Of a stretch of 64,000 nucleotides of DNA, positions 54,056-63,505 are shown in pieces; the first letter of the stretch is position 1, and every line of letters starts with the position of its first letter. Position numbers and translations under genes: made by a program. Under the pieces are notes generated by a model, which worked only from the letters and a program-made list of their open reading frames with translations, ran no database searches and was not told where the DNA came from. The stretch lies in NCBI GenBank assembly GCA_000004985.1, contig GG738921.1. The stretch is one strand, 5' to 3'. The DNA is from Naegleria gruberi. Taxonomy: Eukaryota.

Positions 54056-54802
54056 TTATCTGAAGATGACACCACCACCGCCGCCACCACCGACAACAGC
54101 ACCACCAACTGGACCTGGACCACCAACTGGACCAACTGGACCACCTGGAATTGGACCTGGGCCACCAATTGGACCAATAGGACCACCAACTGGAGGAGGA
54201 ACACCACCAGCAAATCCAATGCCACCATCAATTCCACCAACACCCCAACCACCATAATAAGGAGCTCCATATCCAACACCAACACCATAACCACCGCCAT
54301 AACCACCTCCATAACCATAACCACCACCATAACCACCATAAATTGGAGGAGGAGGAGGAGGAGGAACACCATAACCATAACCACCGCCATATCCACCATA
54401 TCCACCATAAACTGGAGGAGCAACAACAACTGGAGGTGGAGGAGGAGGAAGATATTGTTGGAATGAGCTACCATAGTTTGAACCATAATTGCTTGGACCA
54501 GTGTAAGAGCTTCCATAAGAACTGTATGGATTTGAGTTGACACTATCTACTTGATTGAGATAGGATTGAGTATTTTGAGCATACTTGTTATAGTTGCCAC
54601 CTGAGGTTCCATAATTAGAACCAGCACCGCCATAAGAACCATAATTATTGGCATTGTTGAAGGAACCAGTAGATCCACCAAAACCACCATAGTATGGAGG
54701 AGGAACACCATAGGATTTTGTTTCAGTGTCTCCTCCTGCCAAGACAATCGCAAGGGAGCAGAGTGATAGCAATAAGCCAATAAGAATCTTTTCAGATATC
54801 AT
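54056..54802 (-). CDS. Secreted Gly/Tyr/Pro-rich structural protein with a short collagen-like G-P-x segment.
   Basis: Signal peptide MISEKILIGLLLSLCSLAIVLA. Then (GGYGYG)n, PPPPPPP, and GGPIGPIGGPGPIPGGPVGPVGGPGP. ORFs listed in other frames over the same DNA are low-complexity artefacts. Confidence 0.5.
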   Translation of the reverse strand: MISEKILIGLLLSLCSLAIVLAGGDTETKSYGVPPPYYGGFGGSTGSFNNANNYGSYGGAGSNYGTSGGNYNKYAQNTQSYLNQVDSVNSNPYSSYGSSYTGPSNYGSNYGSSFQQYLPPPPPPVVVAPPVYGGYGGYGGGYGYGVPPPPPPPIYGGYGGGYGYGGGYGGGYGVGVGYGAPYYGGWGVGGIDGGIGFAGGVPPPVGGPIGPIGGPGPIPGGPVGPVGGPGPVGGAVVGGGGGGGVIFR

Positions 54803-55077
54803 ATTTTGTTTTTTTGTTTTGATGAGTAATTAGGAAGGGAGAGAAGGGTGGAATTTATTGAATTTTTGGAGCTTGTCAACTTCATAACTAAATGTGCAAG
54901 TATCTAATAGAGGAAAATGAAATGATGGGAATGATGGACCTATAAAGTAAAATTGTGTATAAATGTTGAATTACTTAAATGGAAATGATCAGATTGTTTG
55001 GAAACAAAGTCTCATTTTGTAACAAAGCAGTTTTTAAATTCACTACAATTTAAGAAAATTTCATATCTGAATGTGAA

Positions 55078-55129
55078 GCGTCGATGGTTTAGTGGTAGAA
55101 TACGGCGGGTTCAATTCCCGGTCGACGCA
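55078..55129 (+). pseudogene. tRNA-Gly-like element lacking the entire anticodon arm (52 nt). A tRNA pseudogene or an armless tRNA-like RNA.
   Basis: GCGTCGA-TG-GTTTAGTGGTAGAAT-AC-GGCGGGTTCAATTCCCGG-TCGACGCA. Perfect 7-bp acceptor stem. D arm identical in pattern to tRNA-Gly(GCC) (GGTTcAGTGGTAGAAT). Canonical T arm. About 19 nt (the anticodon stem-loop) are replaced by ACG. Confidence 0.5.
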
Positions 55130-55331
55130 GCAGAAAGCAATAATTTTGTTCAATTAAAGCTTTTAATGTGAATTGTTTTTACACTACAATCTAGACATAC
55201 CATACTACACGAATCTCAAATACCACATTTTCATTCTTTATATTAGAAAAGATATTAATCAAAGTTAAGACCTCATTTTTTTATTGTGTTTTGTTTTTTA
55301 AAAAATGCAAGTAATGAAAATTTAACAAACT

Positions 55332-56586
55332 TTAATTTTCCTTGTCAATCAAGGCTTGATTCACAGCCATTACCACTCTGTAACGAGCTTGATTCTTGAG
55401 AACCTTTTCAACGGCTTGAGTTACATTATCAAGAGTAGTTAATTCAATTTGTGGCTTAATATTGTGATCAGCAGCAAATTGCAACATTTCCTTCATCAAA
55501 TCGGGAGTGGCACTTGCTGAACCAACAATTGCACGATCTTTGAGGATGAGAGGAAAAGCTGATGCTTTATATATGCCAGAATCAGCTATTTAAATTGTTA
55601 TTTAATTAATTTAAATTAATAATTAATAATTAATAATAATATTAGGAAATTAAAAGTAATTAAAAGTAATTGGAATGCAAAACAAGTTAAATTACTTACG
55701 AAGTCCTAACATGACCATCTTTCCGAATGGTTTCAACATTTGGATAAACTTATCATTATCAATATCAGTGCTAACAGTATTGAGAATCATGTCAAATTTG
55801 CATGAAAGAGATTTTGCATCATTTTCTTCTGTGTGGACAAAGAATTCATCAGCTCCAAAGGATCTGCATTCCTTCTCCTTATTTGCATTTGTGGAAAGGG
55901 CTACAACATGGAATCCCATCTTTTTAGCAAATTGGAGAGCTAAATGACCTAATCCTCCCAATCCCAATACTGCTACTACAAATTCATTTCGTTTCGAATA
56001 AGGACTTTCACGATAGTAGTATAATGGTGAGTAAACTGTGGCTCCAGCACACAACAATGGACTGGCATCGACAGATTTCAACTTGTCTGGAATTGGAAAA
56101 ACAAATCTAGCATCCCAAACAACACCTGTTTGAAAACCTCCTCCAATTGGTGCCTTATCGAAAGGTAAGGTCTTGTCACACAAATTTTCGAAATGATTCT
56201 TACAAGTTGGACATTCGAAACATGAAGTGTAGTGCCATCCCATTCCAACACGATCTGATACCTTAATCTTTGTTTCCTTCTCGACTTGCTCACCAACATG
56301 ACGAACAATTCCAACAATTTCATGACCAGGAATGCAACCAACATTATGCAATGAGTGAATATCTGATTATTTAATAATATTTGATTTGGATAACTACTAT
56401 TACTATTGAAAAATACTAACCTGTATAACAAATACTACTGGCAATTACTTCGACAAAAACCTCCAAAGGACCCAAACTTTTCACTTGTTGCTTGATTGGG
56501 CGAAAGGAGAATTCCTTTCCTTCTTCCTTTTCTGCTACTGCATAACCAGAAACTTGGATTGGTGGATTGATTTCCTTGATAGACAT
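55332..56586 (-). CDS. NADP-dependent Zn-containing alcohol dehydrogenase of the cinnamyl/mannitol dehydrogenase (CAD, yeast ADH6-like) family. Three exons: join(55332..55585, 55700..56362, 56421..56586).
   Basis: MSIKEINPP...SSICYT|DIHSLHNVGCIPGHEIVGIV (the GHE zinc motif). CFECPTCK structural-Zn Cys cluster. GLGGLGHLALQFAKKMG Rossmann segment. C-terminal ARYRVVMAVNQ. Introns are 58 and 114 nt with GTTAGT/GTAAGT donors. Frames verified. Confidence 0.8.
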
Positions 56587-57091
56587 GGCGATAGATACTT
56601 TTCTTGTGGATTTCTTTTTTTAATTGTTGGATTTAAACTAATGCAGAAGAATTCTTGCTTTTAAATGTTACAAATTTGGAGATTGTACATTCTTGCGACT
56701 TTATACGTGCATTCATACATTCGCACGAGGATGTTATTTATTTAATATCCACCGTTGAAACTTGTTAAATTTCCATACGAAAGAAACACATTATCTGACA
56801 TGTCTTTGTTAAGATTCATCTCATTTATGAAAGTTAGAATGACCTGTGAAAGGAAGACGAGGAGAATGGATATTTTGTGTTGTAATAACACATTTACAGT
56901 TACAATCCAGAATTTAAGGTCCGCATTCGATATCCTTTAGGAGTCGATTAGATCAGCAGCGGTTATTTATCTTTTCAAATTGACCACATCAACAATATCC
57001 TGATTTTATCATACTCTTTCCAGAGTGGATACAAGATTTCGTTATTCGATTCCCTTATGTTTTACCCAGTTTTTTCATTTTCTGCTTTTAC

Positions 57092-58089
57092 ATGGTTGCA
57101 TTCGTGTTGGGTTGTTTGAAATTAGAGGAGGCCAATAAGAATACCTGGTATTATAGAAGGTTTATTGCTAAAGAGACAGTTGATAATATTGATAAGGAAA
57201 CTTCCAAAACCAAATTAATATCACCAAATAATGAATTAGAAGAAGAGCAAGTTCAAGAGCCAATTATTGTTAAGGAATCCATGTTACAGAAATTCAAGAA
57301 TAAGTTTAACAATTTCAAAAGTCATGAAATGTTATCATCTCCAATTCCATTGCTGACATGTTTCCTCTACTTGATGTTGGGATCGAAACAAATCTTATTT
57401 GACGAATGTTTACCTCTCTTTTCAGTTACACCAAAAGAGTTGGGAGGATTAGGATTATCTTCATATCATCTTGGTTGTAAGTTTACAATTTTTGTAATTC
57501 TATAGAAATTAACTTTTACTTTCACATTTCAATAATTAACATGCAAATAGTAACTGGTGGATTTTTAGGATTTATCATATTTATGAATCAGGCATTCATC
57601 ACACCACGTGTTATTGCCAAATTCAGTCCATTGATTTGCTATAGGGTGAGTCTTGTTGTGGATATTGCATTCAATGTAATCTTTCCTGAAGTTATTTGGT
57701 TAATGGTTAGTGAACATGATCCAATTTGGAGACATGTATTGTTCTGGTTTGTTTTCGTATTCATTCTCCTATTAAGACAAGTTTCTAATGGGTACAGTTT
57801 CTTGGGAACTTTACTCATTACAAATAACAGTGTAACCCGAAAGAATTCTGGAAAATTGAATGGAACTTCTCAATCATTGGTTTCACTTTCGAGAATGATT
57901 AGTCCGATTGTTGGTGGGGCTATCTTTGCTAGCTCAACAGCTGTCTCTAAATTTCCAATTGACCATCGCACGGTGTTTTATGTTGTTGGTATAATAAGTG
58001 TAATTATGTTTTTCCTTTCATTGATTTTGAAAAAGTCAATCAATAAGCCAAAGGAAGAAGTTAAAGTGAATGAGGTAGCAAAAAAGTAA
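57092..58089 (+). CDS. MFS-transporter-like protein comprising only the C-terminal six-helix half. Two exons: join(57092..57476, 57551..58089). Partial or truncated gene.
   Basis: Exon 1 encodes a hydrophilic loop and then IPLLTCFLYLMLGSKQILFDECLPLF. A 74-nt GTAAGT intron. Exon 2 has 5 or more TM helices, including the MFS-like segment GKLNGTSQSLVSLSRMISPIVGGAIFA. There is no room or ORF for an N-terminal 6-TM half upstream: the divergent ADH gene starts at 56586. Confidence 0.45.
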
Positions 58090-58191
58090 AGTCTGTCAAT
58101 TTTGGAGAAACTCTTCTTTTAGCTAATTTCCAGAATGTTGTAATCGGTAGGGAATTTCGAATACATTATTCGAATTCCAACATTAAAAAAA

Positions 58192-59118
58192 ATGGTCAAT
58201 TCTCATTGTTATTCTTTTCGTTGCGAGAATGGAGAAGGTAAATTCATTGAATTGCAGTTATCATTCTCCGAACCTGAGCATCAAATCACTCTAGCTTGTA
58301 CCTACAATTATCATAAATATTTGTTTCGTGAAGAAACTTCATCCGTCATTCATTTCAAATATTACAAGACATGTTTGATGAATAATTCAATTAAATGCAA
58401 AGTTTCTGAGAATTGCATTACCCTGAATGTGAAGGAATGTTCTGATCTGGAAGAAACTGTAAAATTTATTCTTGAGAAACAAGAAAGAAACCCAGAAGAA
58501 AAATTGAATATCATGTTTGAAGTCATGATGCAAGATATTAGAGAATTGAAGGAAAAACTTTGGTTTACAGATAAGGATTTGAACAAATTCTCAGAAAAGT
58601 ATATTTCCAATTGGAATAGTTTAACAAATAACTATTCGAAAAACGTTGACAATCCTTCTATTAGAAAAAACCAAGATTCTAATTATGATGTAAAGAATTA
58701 TGCAGTTAATACTTCAGGTTTTAAGGCTAATGGATATACGAAAGGTTGTCGTGAAGAAAATTTGGAACCTATTGTCATTTACTTTAAACAAAAAGTGGAA
58801 TTCTCAAAGATTGAATTCATTGTGAATGCTCCAGGTAAGAAAGAAGACCCAATTGCAATTTATATCTATGGTGTGTTTAAACCTCAAGGATTTATTAGAA
58901 AAATGGAGGAATCAGGTTCAAGTTCTGGAACTTCTGAACCAAAAGAAGAATTCATCATCATGCCAAAATTGGAGCAACTTGTTAAGGAAGATTGTAAACA
59001 ATCAGATATTGTTTCGGTTAGTTTAAATCTCAGTAATTGCTACGATGGTATTGGAATTGCAGTTAGAAAGGATAAGACTGCCATCTCTTATAGCTTGACT
59101 GATGTCAGAATTTATTAA
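58192..59118 (+). CDS. Hypothetical protein (308 aa).
   Basis: Single ORF with typical composition. No domain recognised. Confidence 0.45.
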   Translation: MVNSHCYSFRCENGEGKFIELQLSFSEPEHQITLACTYNYHKYLFREETSSVIHFKYYKTCLMNNSIKCKVSENCITLNVKECSDLEETVKFILEKQERNPEEKLNIMFEVMMQDIRELKEKLWFTDKDLNKFSEKYISNWNSLTNNYSKNVDNPSIRKNQDSNYDVKNYAVNTSGFKANGYTKGCREENLEPIVIYFKQKVEFSKIEFIVNAPGKKEDPIAIYIYGVFKPQGFIRKMEESGSSSGTSEPKEEFIIMPKLEQLVKEDCKQSDIVSVSLNLSNCYDGIGIAVRKDKTAISYSLTDVRIY

Positions 59119-59157
59119 ATATCCTTTCGAATAGATTTTATTAGCACCAAACTATTC

Positions 59158-59982
59158 TTACTTTTGCAAATTAGTGAATGATTTTCTAAATATTCTAATA
59201 AATTCGTTATGAACTTGTGCATCTCCCATTTCCATAACATATAAAACTGCATTACTTCCAGAAATATCCAAATTATTCTTCTCGACATACTCATTTGAGA
59301 ATTCGTATAATTGTTTGAAAATCTCAAGATATTGCTCTTCCATAACCGATCTATTAGCAATCTGAACAGCAATCTCCAACTCTTCCCTATTCAAATCATT
59401 ACAATACATTGGACCACCCATTTGTTGTTTCCATGAATCAGCCAAAGAACCAATATCAACCGCATCGAATCCTAAATCTTCAATTATATTCGAAACCAAT
59501 TGCTTACTTTTCAAACTATCACCAGAAACTGGAATTGCAACTCTGTTTGGAGCATTTTGAATGCCTCCTTTTGATTTTAAGCTGAAATCTGTAATATTGT
59601 TAAAGGCCTTAATCATTGGACGATTAAAGTAGTGAGAAATCCATTCGGTGTGGTTTAGTTTCCCATTTTGAATTTCCTCAATGGGGCCATCTCTAGATGG
59701 GTTATAATTACACGTATCGACAATTACGACATTTTCCAATGCGCTTTCGAATAATTGTCTATCCAATTGAAAAACTCCTTTCGTTGGAATGGTCAGAATG
59801 ATTAGTTGTGCATTTTTCACAACTTCTGCAACTGGGAGAGCAGTGGCGCCAGTTTCACTTTCGACTTGTTTCAAAGTTTCTGGACCTCTTGAGTTTGAAA
59901 TTCTAACAGAATGACCGAGTTGGGTGAAAGATTTCGCCAAGAAAGCACCAATTCTGCCAGCACCAATAATACCAATTTGCAT
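59158..59982 (-). CDS. Bacterial-type NADP oxidoreductase, coenzyme F420-dependent-like / COG2085 predicted dinucleotide-binding enzyme. Intronless.
   Basis: MQIGIIGAGRIGAFLAKSFTQLGHSVRISNSRGPETL matches the N-terminus typical of bacterial COG2085 proteins (MKIGIIGAGNIG.ALA..L...GHeV.l.nSRgPe.l). 274 aa, no TM segment. Confidence 0.7.
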   Translation of the reverse strand: MQIGIIGAGRIGAFLAKSFTQLGHSVRISNSRGPETLKQVESETGATALPVAEVVKNAQLIILTIPTKGVFQLDRQLFESALENVVIVDTCNYNPSRDGPIEEIQNGKLNHTEWISHYFNRPMIKAFNNITDFSLKSKGGIQNAPNRVAIPVSGDSLKSKQLVSNIIEDLGFDAVDIGSLADSWKQQMGGPMYCNDLNREELEIAVQIANRSVMEEQYLEIFKQLYEFSNEYVEKNNLDISGSNAVLYVMEMGDAQVHNEFIRIFRKSFTNLQK

Positions 59983-60178
59983 TTTTTTTTTGACAGTTTA
60001 CTTGAGTGAATCTATTCGATCAGCATGAGATTTTTATTCGATTTAGAAGTAGATTATGGAGAGTAAAAGTGCTCACGCAATCAATTCGCAGTAGTAGCAG
60101 TAAGTAGTAAAAGTCAATAGAACGCACGCAATTACTTGCTTTAACAATAATAAAAACAAGTTGCTGAAATCAAAAGTA

Positions 60179-60265
60179 TCCGATGAGACGGAATCGAACC
60201 GCCGACCACAGGATGACAGTTTTTCTTGCTACAGTCCCATGCTCTACCAGCTGAGCTATCATCGG
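60179..60265 (-). tRNA. tRNA-Tyr (anticodon GUA) with a 14-nt intron 3' of position 37.
   Basis: Minus strand: CCGATGA-TA-GCTCAGCTGGTAGAGC-A-TGGGA-CTGTAG-[CAAGAAAAACTGTC]-A-TCCTG-TGGTC-GGCGG-TTCGATT-CCGTC-TCATCGG-A. Perfect acceptor stem. Close to canonical eukaryotic tRNA-Tyr. Confidence 0.8.
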
Positions 60266-60404
60266 TTGTATTTATTTATTAAAAATACCTTTTGTAAACT
60301 ATAAAAATATCTAAGGTATTAAGGTAGTTTGTTAAAGAGTGGCCGAGTTGTGTATTTGTGCAACCATGTATTGACGAACTTTATTAACGAACATTATAAA
60401 AAAA

Positions 60405-61380
60405 ATGCCACAACATGTCCATCATCACTCCCTCTCACCTTCAAGACCAGTCGTCGTTATTGATAATGGCTCGGGAATGATTAAGGTAGGATTTTCCTGT
60501 AGTGATTCTCCCAGAGCCATATTTCCAACAATAGTAGGGCATAAAAAAGAGTCATCAGATCAAAAGAAGGAAACAACCAACAATGATCTCAATAGTATCG
60601 GATCATCATTTGTTGGAGAGATGGCAATAGCTCATCGAGAATTATTGGACATAAAAAGTCCCATGGAAAATGGAATAATTTCAAATTTTGATGATATGGA
60701 AAAGATTTGTTATCATCTCTATCCGGAGTTCTTGTCACAGAACCAAGTTAGAATCCAAAGTTGGTGAGAGAAAAAACAACAGAAATATTTTTTGAAAAGT
60801 TTAAGGCCAATCAGTGATGGGACTTTGTTCGAGTGCCAGATCAGATGGTGTTGTTTTGGATGCTGGTTATACGAAATCATATGCTGTTCCAATTCTTGAA
60901 GGAATTGCATTGCCACATGCCATTCAGGTGATGNNNNNNNNNNNNNNNNNNNNNNNNNNNNNNNNNNNNNNNNNNNNNNNNNNTTCACAAAGAGGAGGTT
61001 TGAATTGTCAGATGGAAGCAAAGTGAATTTTGGAGAGGAATTAATGTCATGTCCAGAAGCTCTATTCAACCCACAGTTAATCAAAGAAGGAGAAGGAATT
61101 CACAAGATTCTCGTCAATTCCATTTTCAATTCAAATGCAGAAATCACAAGACAACTCTTTGCCAATATTGTCCTTGTCGGTGTCTCAACAATGTTTGAAG
61201 GTTTTCCCAATCATTGAATTGGCTCCTCTCTCTGTAAAAGTGAAAATCCTTTCATTCCCCGAAAGAAAACTCTTCCTGGTTTGGAGGTTCAATTACGAGC
61301 TCTCTTTCAGAATTCCACAATATGGCCATTCACAAAAAGGAATATGAAGAAGTTGGACCTAGAATTGTAATGTAGAAATG
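60405..61380 (+). pseudogene. Actin-family (actin/Arp-like) gene with multiple frame disruptions and a 50-N gap. A probable pseudogene or badly assembled locus.
   Basis: The N-terminus VVIDNGSGMIKVGFSCSDSPRAIFPTIVG...ENGIISNFDDMEKICYHLY resembles actin [28 protein letters not shown]...EHGIVTNWDDMEKIWHH. Downstream actin-homologous segments lie in successively different frames: REKTTEIFFEKFKA; then SSARSDGVVLDAGYTKSYAVPILEGIALPHAIQVM; then gap 60934..60983; then CPEALFNPQ...NIVLVGVSTMFEGFP; then [20 protein letters not shown]; then [34 protein letters not shown]. That is 4 or more frameshifts plus in-frame stops. Confidence 0.55.
60934..60983. other. Assembly gap (50 N).
   Basis: N run inside the actin-like locus. 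Confidence 1.
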
Positions 61381-61473
61381 TTTTTAATGCAAAATATGAG
61401 TGCAATGTATCAATATTTCCTGTTATCTATTTCAGACTTACCATTTTCGTTCAAGTTTTTACAAAATAAAAAA

Positions 61474-63277
61474 ATGGCGCAAGATAACACCACGGATGAA
61501 TTGAATGAATTTTTTAATGATTTATTGGAGAGCAATGTGGAAGGAGGAGATAATCCCCTCCTACAGCAACAAGAACAAGAACAACAAGATGATGAATTAT
61601 TGCATCCTATATCATGTTCCTATTGTCGGAAAAACCATCGGTACGTGTGTGGTTCTTTAGAATTATAATTAATAATATTAAATTAAATTAAATAGAAAGT
61701 GTGGTATGTAATTTATCAGCTGATGCCGATTGTGACCAGAATAATAATTACATCATAAATGATGAAATAGATAGAAAGAAGCCTTCATGTACTAATTGTG
61801 TGAGAAAGGGAGTTGTTTGTAACTATTCGGATCCATTAAAGAAGGGAAGAAAAAAGAAATCGGAAAAGGAAGTGGAGGAAATTCATGAAGAGAAGAAGAA
61901 AAATTCTTCAAAGAAAGCTGTTAGTAGTAGTAGTAGTGGAAGTAGTCATCATTCAACAACAACCTCTTCAGCAATTCCCTATAAAACAATTCATATCGAT
62001 TCCGATGATATTCTATTGAAAAGATCAACATTTGATTTATTTGGTCTATTGTACGTTGTTAGTAATTGTTTAAATAATTATTGACGATTGGAAATAGAGA
62101 TATACCAATTCAACAATCAGATTTTGAAAATTATTACAATATGGCTCAGAATGGAGTGTTAAAGGATGATGTTATTAATGCAATCTTATTTGGTTGTCAG
62201 GCTCTAATTGACCAAAGATTAGGAGATAAGGAAGCATCGAAATTATCATTTAATAAGGCAAGGAAACTCATACAACCATATTTTGATAATATTGATGATA
62301 TTAATGTAGGATGTGTCTACTTTTTATTTTGTTCGTTTGAAGCTTCAAATGCAAATTATAGAAAGGTAGCTCTATATTATAATATTTTGAAAACCTTTGT
62401 GGATGAAATTGTCAAAATGGAAAATTCCAACATCAAGTTGACAACACAAATGAAAAGGTTAAAAAGCAGGACTAGATTTATTGAAATGACTATGAGTACC
62501 TCTCAAGATATAGACTGTAATAATCCTCTAGCAATTGCCAAAATGTTTCCAAGACTGGTCTATGTTGCCACAGGAGTTGATGGATTTGCTGAACTATGTG
62601 CAAAATTAGAACATTTAGATAAGGACAGAATTGAAGAACATTTAGCTACTGTTGATTCTGTGTGCATATTCATGAACAATCATATGAGACAAATGGACGA
62701 AAGTGGTGATCGCAAAAATGTAATTGATTTAATGGGAAATATTGTTTCGAATGGAATGAAACTGGCTTCCTACCTCACAGTAGATAATGACAATTGGGAG
62801 AAGATAATGACTTACTCGACCAATATTACTACAGCAACAGAGAATCCACTCTTTGTATTTCTTCCAGCGGCTGTTGTGTCTCATGTTGCCATGGCAGCTA
62901 AACAACATTTGAGACTGTGGTCCTTAATCAGATTGGGAATGGTTTCAGATTTCTTCCAAGGAAAAAACACTCTCTCACAATTAATCTATCAAAGTTATAG
63001 AGCTCTCAGTATTCTCTCCACTCGATTCGATCGCGTCCAAAAATTCTACTCTGATCTCTATCAAGAATTGGAACACTTCATTAAGGAATACTTTACCCAA
63101 CAAAATCAACTTGATTCCACCCTTCTCAACAATACTACTATTGTTATTGATAACAACACTGCAACAACTACAAATGAACCTTTATTACCTGACCTACAAC
63201 CACCACCACCAGAAAGTTCATTCACAAGCATGCTTGATGATTCTTTCTTTTTCGATCCACCACAACATTTTGAATAA
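61474..63277 (+). CDS. Zn(II)2Cys6 (GAL4-type) binuclear-cluster-like transcription regulator with a long C-terminal regulatory region. At least 3 exons.
   Basis: ATG at 61474 (MAQDNTTDELNEFF...). The first Cys half ISCSYCRKNHRyvC is at 61621-61650. The second half KKPSCTNCVRKGVVCNY is at 61773-61820. It has GAL4-like KPxCxxCx6C spacing followed by a basic KKGRKKK. An intron must lie between them. Candidates: donor GTACGT at 61641, or GTTCTT at 61652, with an AG at 61769-61770. The second candidate yields a 6-Cys cluster Cx2Cx7Cx6Cx2Cx6C. A further intron at 62070-62107 (GTACGT...AAATAG; TT|A phase) joins ...FDLFGL to LDIPIQQSDFENYY... Confidence 0.5.
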
Positions 63278-63505
63278 CTTCAACTATCTCACATTCCGAA
63301 AACGATCTCATACGCTTTCTCCTATCTAATTCTGCTTTGGGAAACGAGACACAAATTTAAAAAATCAACCATCACAGAACTCAAGATTTGTTGCCAACAC
63401 AATCCTTTCAAACAACCAATTATCAAAAACAAAAGCTTCCTCTTCCTGCCACAGGTTTTTTAATTTTCTCCAATCTAACTTTGTTGTTTTGAGTTTGGGA
63501 AGATC

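Noticed and set aside
53971-54543. Several overlapping ORFs (both strands, multiple frames) over the Gly/Tyr/Pro-rich region.
   Set aside because: Low-complexity GGT/GGA/CCA repeats are open in many frames. Only the minus-strand frame has a signal peptide and a coherent start (54802).
57645-57652. GTGAGT inside the second MFS exon, looking like a splice donor.
   Set aside because: The reading frame continues uninterrupted through it and encodes hydrophobic TM sequence. There is no in-frame acceptor that improves the model.
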